Positions 12,914 to 25,337 of a stretch of 64,000 nucleotides of DNA are shown here, piece by piece. The notes beneath the pieces are model-generated. The model was not told where the DNA came from, searched no databases, and worked only from the letters and a program-made list of their open reading frames with translations. The position numbers were made by a program, and so were the translations under genes. The first letter of the stretch is position 1. The number at the start of each line of letters is the position of its first letter. Location of the stretch: the NCBI GenBank assembly GCA_964016885.1, contig OZ024740.1:110732001-110796000 (forward strand). Reading direction: 5' to 3'. Source of the DNA: Eledone cirrhosa. Its lineage: Eukaryota.

Positions 12914-14218
12914 ATGTTTTGCCTGTGTGAAGTAGTGTAGGATGTAGTTTGTATGGTACTTTAAGAGGGTGAGAAATAGTATGAAATATAGGAAGATAAA
13001 ATAAGTGGAAAGAAGAGAGTAGTAAACGTAATTGTTTAAAATGAAATATTTTATTACCAAGCAATCAATCATTTTAATTACAACCTGGGACAGACGTCTC
13101 CATTTTCAAATCAGGATCATCTCGTAATATTATGCCTGGATTCAAAAGCAATTTGAAATAAAAGAAAAAAAAAGAAGAAAACATTAAGCAATAAAATAAT
13201 AAATGAAATACAAAGAAAATTTAATGTCTATTTGAAGAATTAAAAAATAAATAAAGAGAAGATAAAAAGACGGAAGGCCGAAATAAACGAATGAAGGACA
13301 AAAGACTGGAAAACATAAACAAAATGGAAGCATGAAACAAACGTTTTTCTATTGTCTGACGCCATTATTAGAGGCATTTGATTAAGAAAACAAAGATAGC
13401 AGTCGACTTTTAAAGCAATTTTTGATTTAGTAGCCGTCTATTGTACTCGTGTATGCTATTTTTGAAAAGGAGATTTTGAATCTGAAGATCTAGCTTCGTA
13501 TTCAAATCTAAATAAAAGAAAATGCTACTAATGATTGTGTTTTGGTAAAGGGTGTGGCAGTCGTGTTTGTATTGGTTTTAAATTGTGTTTATTCAAATTT
13601 TGTATAGTTATCTCTCCATATTTTATAGCGTGTGCTTTGTTTGCTTATCTTTTCCTGGACAATTTGATCCTAAAATATTAATCGATTTCTCAAGATATAA
13701 ACATCGAATCGTGAGGAGTGCATTTGCTTTCAATTATTGGTACTGAAATAACTGAAACGGAGAGAAATATAAACAGAATCCGGCTAGCCAGGAAGGATAG
13801 ATAGGGTGTATGACCATTTTCAGAATCTCCAAGTTTGGTAGGTGGGAAGAAGTTATCAGCGAACCGGACATTTAGCTTAAATGGTTCCAGCACAGCGGAA
13901 GCCGCTGAATGCCTATAATAACAAGTCAGTTTTATTAAACCGAATTACTAAGTCTATCACGTATATAGGCTAGAGTGATGGGTCAATTGAGAAGGCGAAG
14001 AGCTGGAACAGATGCCGCATACCACAGAACTTTGGACTAATTGTATACTTATCAATTACTAAGCTTCTAATTTTAGATTCAAATTCATTTTAATCTGATT
14101 ATCTATTGAAGCAAATCCACTCGTCTGATTAAGGTTTGGCTTAAAAACGAAAGTAAAAAAAAAATCATTACCTTCAATATATTGAATCCCTTTCACACGG
14201 AATGTGACAGTTGAAATG

Positions 14219-14301
14219 AAACAGGGCTTTCCCCAACAATAGCCCGATATATCGAGCTATTGTTGGGGAAAGTCCTGTTTATAACAATAGCCCGATATAT
14301 C
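14219..14301. repeat. 31-bp-arm palindrome plus third partial copy
   Basis: AAACAGGGCTTTCCCCAACAATAGCCCGATA/TATCGAGCTATTGTTGGGGAAAGTCCTGTTT. Confidence 0.85.
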
Positions 14302-14434
14302 TCCACCTCCCAAAAATAAAAAAAAATAATTAAAACAAAAATTGAGATTGAAAGCCAAATTGGATTTCGATTACATTTCGATTTCGATTTGAATAGAGAA
14401 AGTCGGAAGAAATAGTCGACATTCTAACGACTAC

Positions 14435-14514
<80 letters not shown>

Positions 14515-14814
14515 CACACAAGCACACACACACACACAAGCACACACACACATATATATATACACATATATATATATATCCATATGTGGTTGACGTCTGA
14601 GAGAAAAGAGTACTCAATACTGAAGTAGAGTTTGAATATTCATTATATTAAGGCTAAATGATGAGTCTTGTTACTCTGGAGTTTCGCCGCTCACAAGCAA
14701 ACTCATACACACACTCACTTACACACACACGCGCGCGCGCGCGCACACGCACACGCACACGCGCACACACTCACACACACGCACACACTCACACACACAC
14801 ACACAAACACACTC

Positions 14815-14915
<101 letters not shown>

Positions 14916-16024
14916 TTACACGTACCATCTTTATTGATTTTAAAATTGCTAACTATATTTTGATCTTAGCGAAAACGCTGATAACCCGACTTTTGGCCAA
15001 TAATTTCCGTTAGGAGCATATCATAAACCGCCACCCGGAATTTGTTGTTATACTTTGCAATTTTCATAAGCTCGAAATTCTGTAAGCTGAATTAACTGTA
15101 ACATGGGGGTGTGGGTATGTATATCATGTCAGTCTCTGCTGCAAATGTATGACATTTTATTGCAGCATACACCATAACTTATAAGTAAATTCACAATCCT
15201 ACTTATATAAAATGACTGCTGTTCAGATGAGGCAACAACGATAAGTTTACGTATAACAAGTTCTGAATTTTGTTACTTAAATTTATTGGTTATCTTTATT
15301 GCAATGTTCAATGTAAGGCTGTGAATTTAAAGAGTCGTAAGTGTGTAGCACAAAATGTTTTGGGGTAAATGTTCTTACTATCTGTCTTCTGAGTTCAAAT
15401 CAACTTCGCTTTTCAACTTCTCGAATTGTAGAGGTATAAAATTGTAGATTGATGGAATAGTTACGGAGCAGAACGAGATGGTATTTGCGGTATTTGTTTC
15501 GGTCCTTTGCGTTCTGAGTTCCAATCTGATATTGACCTATTAGAATTAATCTGTCATCACCTCTCCAGTTTGAGGATAGCTATTTTTCTCTCACCCGCCT
15601 CTGAAGGCTCGGAAAAGATGACGGGCACTGTTTCCTCCTGACTAGCCAATGATATTTTTTTTTTTTAGACAACAGAATTCAAAATAGCTGATATTCAAAT
15701 AACACAACTATAATGAGCTTTGCTTGTAAGCGGTGGTAGTATTGTAAGACAGAAAGTGGTAGGAAAACATATATATATATATATAACTGTGCCTGTCAAT
15801 TGTCTTAACATGAACATCAACATCAAACCAATCCATAAACTTACATTCAAACCCACTCATTAAATCCATATCACATTAGCGGTGAAGTAAAAATCAGACA
15901 CTTCTTCAAAACTATTACATAAACCTCCCAGAAAAACAACAACCAAACTTCTCAAATTATTTATAAAGGGGTGACGGATGTCATCAGGATGCAGCTGTCA
16001 ACTTGACTCAACTGAAAAAATGAA

Positions 16025-16190
16025 TTGTACCTGTAATTCAAAGGGTCTAATTTGTCGCACGCTTTGTCTCATTGAATCTCTCCGAGAATTACAATAATCT
16101 CTGGAATGTTTAGTCACTTGATTTCAGTAGCAGGCTGTTCCGTTGACCAAAGTACCGGCATGTTCATAATCGAAACCGGCGGAGATTCAA
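16025..16190 (+). repeat. Old dispersed repeat (also about 57020-57180 + and about 63800-63960 -)
   Basis: Shared TGTACCT.TAA.TCAAAGG...TTGAATCTC...AGCCACTT...ATTTCA motifs. Confidence 0.55.
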
Positions 16191-16789
16191 CACTGATAGT
16201 GGTGTTGCTTATATTAGAGGTGCTGGCGATAATCAATCAAGATTTTTTTCTACGGTACATAGAATTTAGAAGACCAAGTTGATTTAATTCGCCGAATTTT
16301 TCAATTTTAATATAATTCCAATATCAATGTTTGTTTCAAATAACTTAAATTTGTAAACAAACAAACCAAAATTATATATTTTATATTTTTATGTTTTTTC
16401 CTGTTAGATCTTCAGATTTTGATGAGGTTTGAATAGTCACGGTGTGAAATTTATAGACAGCAGAGAAGGTCTCTTTGAATTTTTTCTGTGTTATCAGCTT
16501 TGTATTTTTAATTTGCCTTGGTTTGGTTTTTAATAATGTCTATTGCCCTCGTTGCATACAGTTTTTGTATATCTTCAATTTGTTTTTGTTACTACTGTTA
16601 TTACTAATCCCGTCATTGTTGTTATTTTCCTGTTGTTATTGTTGCTGCTGTATTTAGTTGCACGGGATGATCTATTTAATTCCATCCAATCCAGGCTCAA
16701 TCGTAAGCGCTGCTACATTGACACTGCGTGTAGCAAAGTTACTCAATTATGTTCCTTCCTCCTATATCTTTCTATCTGGCACCTCGAGT

Positions 16790-17740
16790 GCCTTCAGGCG
16801 CTCATATCCCTCTACCAAGCGGAAACGGCAATCAGCGGAGACTCCACTTCGACATTCTATAAGGGATTAGTGGAGGATAAGTACGACGACGTTCTCGGGG
16901 AAACTCTAGGCATCGAGGACGAACTGACCAGTCTGTTCGGGAGGACTTTCCGTCCAGGGCCTATGGATAACTTCCAGAGGTCTCTGGCCTGGCAGTGCTA
17001 CCGAGGAGCTCTACCAGTTCGAGACAAAATATACAGGCACGGACGCCCTGGCAGAGATCCTGCCAAAAGGACCTGTCGAAGATGCGAACAGGACATGGAA
17101 ACCGTTCTGCACGCAATTGTTCAGTGCCCAGGGGTGACCGACCTGTGGAATTAGGTCGAACAGCTACTGTCACGTGTGGGACGCATCCAGTTGTCAGCCA
17201 AGTCCATCGTGAGGATCAACCCACCGCCTTCATTTAAGAATGAAGGAGAGGCGGTTTTCCTCTGTCTGGTGGCTATGGCGAAAGAGGTAATATGGTGGAC
17301 GAGGTTAAAAGGACTGAGGGCAAGCACTTTTCTCTCCGGACAACAACTTATCCCCTTCTTTAAGTATCACTTCAGAAGGAAAGTGAGAGTGGAGAGAGAG
17401 GCGCTACACCCCAGTAAATTCGCTGAAAGGTGGGTGAGTGTGGCGAAAATAGCCCGAGTGAATGGGCCTTCTCTGTATATAAACCTGTAGGTTGAGGAAG
17501 ATAAACAAAGGAAAGACGGGAACACCTACAAAACGTGTTCCTCGTGTTGAGGGTTGTTTTATCCACGGGGTGTAAAACAACCGTGCAGTAACGTTCCCCT
17601 TATTTTGGATTTCAATTGTTATTTTATTATATATAGTTTATTGTTATTTATTAATGTTAAAGTTATATCATTTTTATGTAAAACCCCGCTGTCATGTCTT
17701 GTAATGTCCCATTTTTGTACGCCCCTGTGGCAAATAAAGA
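16790..17740 (+). mobile_element. Tx1/L1-clade LINE 3' fragment (zf-RVT domain plus 3' UTR ending AATAAA)
   Basis: AWQCYRGALPVRDK...TCRRCEQDMETVLHAIVQCP; AKEVIWWTR; in-frame stop at 17152. Confidence 0.82.
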
Positions 17741-18124
17741 AAGATGGGTCCATAACTCCTGATAGACCTGTAGGAGTGCTGTCGTATCATACAGAGTACT
17801 CTGTGTATTTAAAAGCTCAACACTCTCCGGGTTATAAATATATATATAACACGGCATTCACAAATATATGTACACACGTGTAGTGTACGCTATCACAGAA
17901 GAGAATAAAGAACTTGAGTTGAGTCAGTTAGATTCAAAATCGCATGCCCATGCTATCTAGCCTATCTGCTCCTATCTTCGTTCCTGTGTGTAATTGTTCA
18001 AGTACGATATTTAATTTATCGATAACGATAAGGTTTACAGAACATAAATAAACAGTAAGCTTCGATGGAAAACACACTGACACACACAGACACAAGAACC
18101 TGTGCATATACAGGCACAAGCATA

Positions 18125-18463
18125 TCTGAGTGTTTAAGGAGTTCGTTTCGCAACACTTTGGCTCAGGATTCAATACCGTTGTCTGTCATCAGGTGCATGT
18201 GTCTACTACTATAGCTAAGGTTTCAATGCCTTGTGAATGAAGTTATGTAGACAGAAACTACAGAAGCCCGTCGTACGTATGTGTGTGCAGCGGCCCGTGT
18301 TTAATTTTGTGTTTGTTTGCGTTTATGTCCAATAACTTAGCGGTTCAATAAAAAAAAAGCCCCATTAGATAGGTATTGGTGTCGATACGATTGACTAAAT
18401 CAAGATGGTTCCCCAGTATGGCCACAGTTTTTTAACTGAAAGTAGGAATGGGATGAAAGATAA
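18125..18463 (+). mobile_element. Decayed tRNA-derived SINE (Octopus-like family)
   Basis: Degenerate A/B boxes, GTAGACAGAAACT..GAAGCCCGTCG core, AACTTAGCGGTTC, CCAGTATGGCCACAGT 3' end. Confidence 0.6.
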
Positions 18464-19055
18464 GCAATTCTAGCATATATAGTGTCTCAATGATTTAGGC
18501 TACAGTAGACTTTGAAACCTTAGGTACAAGCAACTTTGAGAAATTATTTATAGTAATAATATATTTAGCTTTGTACATTTTTCTTTATCTATTCTACTGA
18601 AACTCTTGGCACCATATATATGCGAAATGTAAACAGAAAAAACAAAGCAGACAACACAGCAATGAAGGAATATATTATCTTAACGCTTTATATAGTAGGC
18701 AAATAGTCTTACGTCTTCCAAGAAGAAATAGAAAGATGGGGAGTGAGAAGAGGAAAAAATGAAAAACAATATTTTAGAGAAAAAGCAGTTTCCGTCTACC
18801 AAATTTCACTCACAAAGCATTGGTCAATACGATGCTATGGTAGAAGGCACCTGCCCAAGATGAGAAGGGAGTTGATAGTGAACCTGATATCACATGGTTA
18901 CGAAACGAACTTCTTAACCCCACAGGCATGCCTGCGTCACTATCTATCTCTCTCTTTCTCTCTTTGTCTCTGCTTCTCTGCTTCTCTCTCCATCTCCATG
19001 CACACACACACATACATATATATATGTATGTATATATAATATATATATATGTGTG

Positions 19056-19125
<70 letters not shown>

Positions 19126-19128
<3 letters not shown>

Positions 19129-20180
19129 TGATGAAGGGTGATACCCAGAAACAGTCTCTCCAGTTCTGTGTACATGCCAACACAAGGGCAATATTGAAGT
19201 GCTCATTCTACTGACATGGCTATAAAATTAAGGCGAATGTTATTATTAATATTAGAAACAATTATTAATATTCGAAAAACTCAGATTACATTTATTGTAT
19301 TCAGCCATGTAGAGCGAACATTTTCTTTGTTATTTGAATTTGGCAAAACCAGCCATTTATCACTCGTATACAGGAAACTGACTGGCCAGTCTGCTGATAT
19401 GCAAATCTGGCTGATCAGAGGATCTGCTATTATGCAGATCTGACTGATCAGCCAGTCTGCTAATATGCAAATCAGGCCGATCTGTCACTGTGTATTTTTG
19501 AAAATAGCATATATTTTCACTAGCTCTGACAGTTTGGCAGGTGAATAGTGAGCTGTACTGATGAAGGGTGATACCCAGAAACATTAGTGTCAGCAGTTCT
19601 GTTCACATGCCAACACAAGAGCAATAATGAAGGGTTCATTCTACTGCCATCGCTATAAAATTGAAGCTTGTTTGCGTAATTGCAAACGAATCGAATGTTA
19701 TTATTAATATTCGAAAATAGGGCGATGAATTGGCAGTATCGGTAGAGGGTCGGACGCCATGCTTTCCAGCATTGTTACGTCCCTTTACGGTCTGAGTTCA
19801 AATTCCGTCGAGGTTAACTTTGCCTTTCATCCTTACCGGGTCGATAAAATAAAGTACCAGTAATGAACTGGGTAATTTCTGGCCTTGTGCCAAAAGTAGA
19901 AAGAATTATTAATATTCGAAAATGGTGAGTGTATTGTAAGTATCGGTAGAGGGTCGGACGCCATGCTTTGGCGCATAGACTTACGGCCCTTGCCATTCTG
20001 AGTTCAAATCCCGCCGAGGTTAACTTTGCCTTTAAGCCTTACCAGGGTCGATAAAATAAAGTACCAGTAATGCACTGGGTACTTGCTGGCCTTGTGCAAA
20101 AAGTAGAAACAATTATTAATATTCGAAAAACTCAGATTACATTTATTGTTTTCAGCTATGTAGAGCGAAAATTTTCATTT

Positions 20181-20185
<5 letters not shown>
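19126..20185 (+). mobile_element. Tandem hammerhead-bearing repeat (430-bp period, retrozyme/pLTR-like) interrupted by two SINEs
   Basis: CTGATGA-a-GGGT gat ACCC-a-GAAAC at 19128 and 19558; downstream sequence repeated and resumes at about 20110; (TA)n flanks. Confidence 0.75.
19720..20115 (+). mobile_element. Two tandem tRNA-derived SINEs with Meta-domain-like core
   Basis: TTGGCAGTATCGGTAG (A box), GAGTTCAAATCC (B box), GCCTTTCATCCTTAC.GGGTCGATAAAATAAAGTACCAG. Confidence 0.85.
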
Positions 20186-20215
<30 letters not shown>

Positions 20216-20606
20216 TAAATTTATTTTTCACCTTTGTTTAATGTTAACTTTTATTTGCTATTCTATCATTGCTGCTGCCATTTAAATCTTCTTTCGTTGT
20301 GAAATTTAAAGCGGTGAGCGGGTGTTGGAAGGCTTCTTTCTATCGTCTTGATGGCGTTGTGGATTGGAGCAGAGATTGTCGTTGTAAGAACGTTTGTATG
20401 CAATGCAGCAGCGCCGCATTACAGCGGGACAATGTCCCTGATGTATATGACAAGAGTGTGAGGGTGAGGGCAAGAGTAAGATAGCGGTGTTGATGGTGGT
20501 GGAGGTGGTGTGGCCCTGGTGATGGAGGTTGAGAAAATAAACCTGGAATGCATGAGAGCAATTTGTATTTATATGTATGACTGTAGGTTTGAAGAGAGAG
20601 AGAAAG

Positions 20607-20659
<53 letters not shown>

Positions 20660-20923
20660 AAGATGATGATGAGACAAAGAGAGAAAGAGAGAGTGAAAGC
20701 GGAATGAAGAGACAAAGAGAGTGAGAGAGTGATAGAAAGGTGGTAATAAATAAGGACACTGTTAAACAATACGTGTGTATGTGTTTGACAGTGTGTGCGC
20801 GTGTGTGTGTGTGCATGTGTGTATGTGTGTGTGTGCGTGTGAGAGAGAGAGTTGCTGGTAGTAAGATAGAAATGTCGAATGATGGACTGTATGCAAATGA
20901 CCATTGGATGTGTATGTCAATTG

Positions 20924-20959
<36 letters not shown>

Positions 20960-20979
20960 ATATATTTATGTATATATAT

Positions 20980-21240
20980 AAGTAGAAGTTGTATTTAATT
21001 TGTTGGAAGTTCGACAAACATAAATGTTTATAACTGATTTAGAGCACTGAACGTGTTACTGGAGTAAATATTCAATGATATTAAATGAATGGAAACTATA
21101 TTTATAAAACCATTTTTATTTTATTATATATATTTCAAGGGCAACCAAGACAACATTGGTACGCTTTCATCAGATAAAATACAAAGTTTGTTTTCATAAA
21201 TAGAGACGTACCCATGGAAATCATACCTTATCACCCTAAC
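20980..21240 (-). mobile_element. pLTR family C with hammerhead at 21119-21179
   Basis: Minus strand UUUUAU-CUGAUGA-AAGcguACCAA..UUGGUugccCUU-GAAA UAUAUA UA-AUAAAA; homologous to 44295 and 50950. Confidence 0.8.
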
Positions 21241-21392
21241 AAATTTGGTCCTTAGGATTCGAACACATGTATGTTTATATTAGTGTTCATCTCTCTTGTT
21301 TATTCAATTATATTGTACGGGTCGGAAAAGCTTTTTTCTTATAGGTATTTAATTGTAAAAGACTACTCTGAGTTCTTAACTCAATATATATC

Positions 21393-21469
<77 letters not shown>

Positions 21470-22414
21470 TTTTTTTTTTTTTTTTACCTGTTTCAGCCAT
21501 CCGGCTGAGGCCATGCTGGGATATATATATATATATGTATATATTTATGTATACATATTTATATATATACATCTTTTGTTTCGTCTGAGAGACAGCATGT
21601 TCATGCGAATGTACGGGTGGTGGCAGTGGTGTAAGTACATAAAGAAGGAATGACAGTGAAACTATTAAATTAGACATTTTTTTAGAAAAGTATAATTGTG
21701 TAAATAGTGTTTAAAAGAATGAGACAGGAGGAAATAGAGAAAACTACAAAATAGAAACTGAATGAGGTCGATAGTCCATCTCACTCAAATCCTCCCTTGT
21801 ATATGCTATGGCGGGTGATGGTGGTGCGGATTGTGTATATATATATATATATATACACACACAGTGCAAGAAATGACAAGACTAACACAGAGATGCAAAA
21901 TCACAGTCTGTAATATATATATATATATATATAGTTCAAGAAATGACAAGACAAACACAGAGATACAGAAACAGTTTTATTATTCACGCTTATATTTATA
22001 TATATGTATGTATGTGTGTGTGTGTGTGTTTGTTTTCCACTCTATAATATACACCTATAAATTCCATGTGTCAATATAAGGAATCGTGCTTACGTAATGC
22101 TGTAATTTGTATGTAGTAGCTGTAACAGGCCGAATCTTTTGAGCTGTCTTGATAACGTGATAGAAGCTCGAAATCTCTTTTGTTAATCTGTCGGTTGTCA
22201 CAATCAAGACATTGCATTGAGAAATTGGTCAACAAATACAGTAGTAAAATTTCCTACGTAGATAATGAGATCTTGAAGCTAGACATCAGATCAACGATTT
22301 ATGTAGTGATGATCAGGCAGAAGTATAAGAATGACGAACTGCATACCTTTCCACTATTTGTTGAAGTCATTAATTTCAGAGTTCAAATACTGACCAAGTC
22401 GATTTTGTATAATA

Positions 22415-22525
22415 TAATTGTTTCTACTTTTGGCACAAGGCCAGCAATTACCTAGTGCATTACTGGTTCTTTATTTTATCGAACCCGTAAGGATGAAAGG
22501 CAAAGTTAACCTCGGCGGGATTTAA
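22415..22525 (-). mobile_element. Partial Meta-type SINE
   Basis: Reverse complement of the family core. Confidence 0.8.
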
Positions 22526-22908
22526 TACCAGTTCATTTGTAATGACGACAACATTCCCACGGAACAAAGCCCTTAAAAAAAAAAGAAAATGAAGAAAAAC
22601 CTTTGAAACAAACCCCCTCGGTGAAAGTGGAAAATTGGACAGAACTACTTTCGTTAATGTTCCTTCGCCTAAATTTTTTCCAGAATTTATTATTATCTTT
22701 TTAAACATTGTTAAAATTTGTTTACACGCAAAACCCACACACAAACACACACACGCACACACTCTATGTTTTTGTCCTGTACTGTATAATGTTTTTCTTG
22801 ATGTGGACTCTTTGTGGTTAATAAAGGAATCATTATCATTATTATTAGAAATATATGTCGGCCCTTGTGGTCATTGAATGAAACCATTATTATTTTCCAG
22901 TTCTCCAG

Positions 22909-23305
22909 ATGGACATAAGCTGGGACGAGGTAACGTTCAAGGTGGCTACTCTCACACAGAAATGGGTCGAGAGGAAGCTATCCTTCAAAGGCCGGGCAAA
23001 GGTGGCGAACACGTACATCGCGTCCGTCATCTACTCCCGCTTTGCCATCGTGCCTTGTCCTAGGCTACGCCAGTTTGCACTGGAGCGTCTACTCTTTCGC
23101 TTTTTGTGAAAGGGCCTGGTTCCATTGGTCAGGTGATCCATCTGCTATCAACACACGCCACAGAGAGGATTGGGTATGCCGCGGCTGATCATGTGCAAAC
23201 ATGTGCTGAGGCTACGCCATCTTCAACTTTTCCTGGATGGTGAACAGTTTTACCCCAGCTCATCTCCTTGACAGAGCTGCTATCTCGGGTCAAGCGAAGA
23301 CCTGA
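22909..23305 (+). pseudogene. Tx1/L1-clade LINE ORF2 internal fragment
   Basis: WVERKLSFKGRAKVANTYIAS...LERLLFRFL*KG...RGLGMP. Confidence 0.75.
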
Positions 23306-23709
23306 AAAACCTGAAACAACGTTTTAAAATGTGTGCAGAAACTACTTATATACGAAGAGCTCAAAATTGTACACAAATAATTTGAGAATGATCCCAACGG
23401 AAGGTATTCTTTTGCATAGTTTGTCGTTATATAGAAAGTGAAGCAATTACTTTCTGGTTACTGAATATAGCTAAATGGAAACGAGAAAAGGAGTACTTAA
23501 TACTTGTACTAGATTTTATGTTTGTATAAAGCCAATGATTCACTCCATAGCAACTTGGAATTTCATACAAGAGCCAGGTGTTCGAATATGTTAATATAGA
23601 TGTAAAGATACATGCTGCTCAACGGCTGCTTTTAAATGAAATGATGATGGCAATGATAATAGGGCTTCTGTTACAATTATTGATAAGGCCTTTACTGTTG
23701 CTAAGATGT

Positions 23710-23747
<38 letters not shown>

Positions 23748-24110
23748 TTTGTACTGCTGTTGTTCTTGTTGTCATAAGTGTTGCTACTGTTGTGACATAA
23801 AACTTTACTGAATTTAATGGTTTCTAGTCTAGTGACGTCATCACAGTTCAGTGAACATTCGGTTGACAGCTAATGATAGATGACCCTTCTCACAGGAACC
23901 TATTCTGGAATTGGCGACACTGTGTCGCCACCTCGAGGGACACCCCATTGACCTTAACAGACACAGAGAGAGAGAGAGAGAGCGGGTGAGAGAGTGAAGA
24001 GGAGGTGGGGGAAATAGAAGTGGAGTTGGGAGAGACAGTGAGAAAAGATAGAAAGAAAGCAGGTGAGAGAGAGGAGGTAGGAGAGACTGAGAGAGAGGAG
24101 AGCAATAATT

Positions 24111-24147
<37 letters not shown>

Positions 24148-24764
24148 CACACACAACAAAAATATAGACAAACACGTACACAACCCTATATATTCACTAA
24201 TATTTGCCGAGATCACCTGGACCGTAGTCCTGATCAACATCATCATTGTTTTGTAGAATCGTTAGAGGATCGAACAAATGACTTGAAGTACTTAGTAACG
24301 ACTCTTTTCCTTCTGAGTTCGAACCCTACCAAGTTCAACGTAGCCTTTCACTCGTCCGATGTCAATAAAATAATATAAAGTAGCAGTAAACTGCATGGGT
24401 CAGGAGCCGGATTTAGATCGCAGGAGTGGGGTGGCCATTGGTTGGTCATTCGGGTTTTGGTACCACTCATACACACAAAAGAAAAAGTTAAGATACACAA
24501 CTAAACAACTAAACCACAAGTTTACATTTCAAAGTCTGCTGGGCACATGTAATTAGAATCGTCCCGTTCAACATACAGTTGTTAAATGCAAAAAAAAGTT
24601 GACTATATTCATCTCAAGTGCATTTACCACACTGATATGTGTTAGCCGGATTGTGCATGTATGTATGTATGTATGTATGTATGTATGTATGTATGTATGT
24701 ATGTATGTATGTATGTATGTATGTATGCATGTATGTATGTATGTATGTATGTATGTATGTATGC

Positions 24765-24829
<65 letters not shown>

Positions 24830-24945
24830 TAAGAGGAATTCCAACTTTGTCTGATTTACTCGTTTTATTTACAATCCTTTAAAATATATATAATATGGTA
24901 TTATAATGAAATAGTATGATAGAATATTAAATTCTAAGTGTTAAT

Positions 24946-24984
24946 TGAACAAGTACTTTCATGCTTTCGCAATCTTCAGGTTCA
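24946..24984 (-). ncRNA. Minimal hammerhead ribozyme
   Basis: UGAAC-CUGAAGA-uUGC gaaa GCAu-GAAAG ua CUU-GUUCA. Confidence 0.88.
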
Positions 24985-25035
24985 TGATATGTGGTGACAG
25001 TCGAATTTGCAATTTTCAACTGTCACCACATATCA

Positions 25036-25074
25036 TGAACCTGAAGATTGCGAAAGCATGAAAGTACTTGTTCA
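25036..25074 (+). ncRNA. Minimal hammerhead ribozyme
   Basis: TGAAC CTGAAGA TTGC GAAA GCAT GAAA GTAC TT GTTCA; palindromic AAGTACTT stem III. Confidence 0.88.
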
Positions 25075-25237
25075 ATTAACACTTAGAATTTAATATTCTA
25101 TCATACTATTTCATTATAATACCATATTATATATATTTTAAAGGATTGTAAATAAAACGAGTAAATCAGACAAAGTTGGAATTCCTCTTATTAATATAAT
25201 CTATACACAATCATACACACCCGTGTATATTTACCTA

Positions 25238-25335
<98 letters not shown>

Positions 25336-25337
25336 CA

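Larger units (their letters stand above)
24822..25240. mobile_element. Hairpin element (family D): two inverted 180-bp arms each with an intact hammerhead, 17-nt spacer, one-sided tail, in (TA)n
   Basis: Arms 24822-25001 and 25019-25198; second genomic copy at 47921-48348. Confidence 0.9.
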
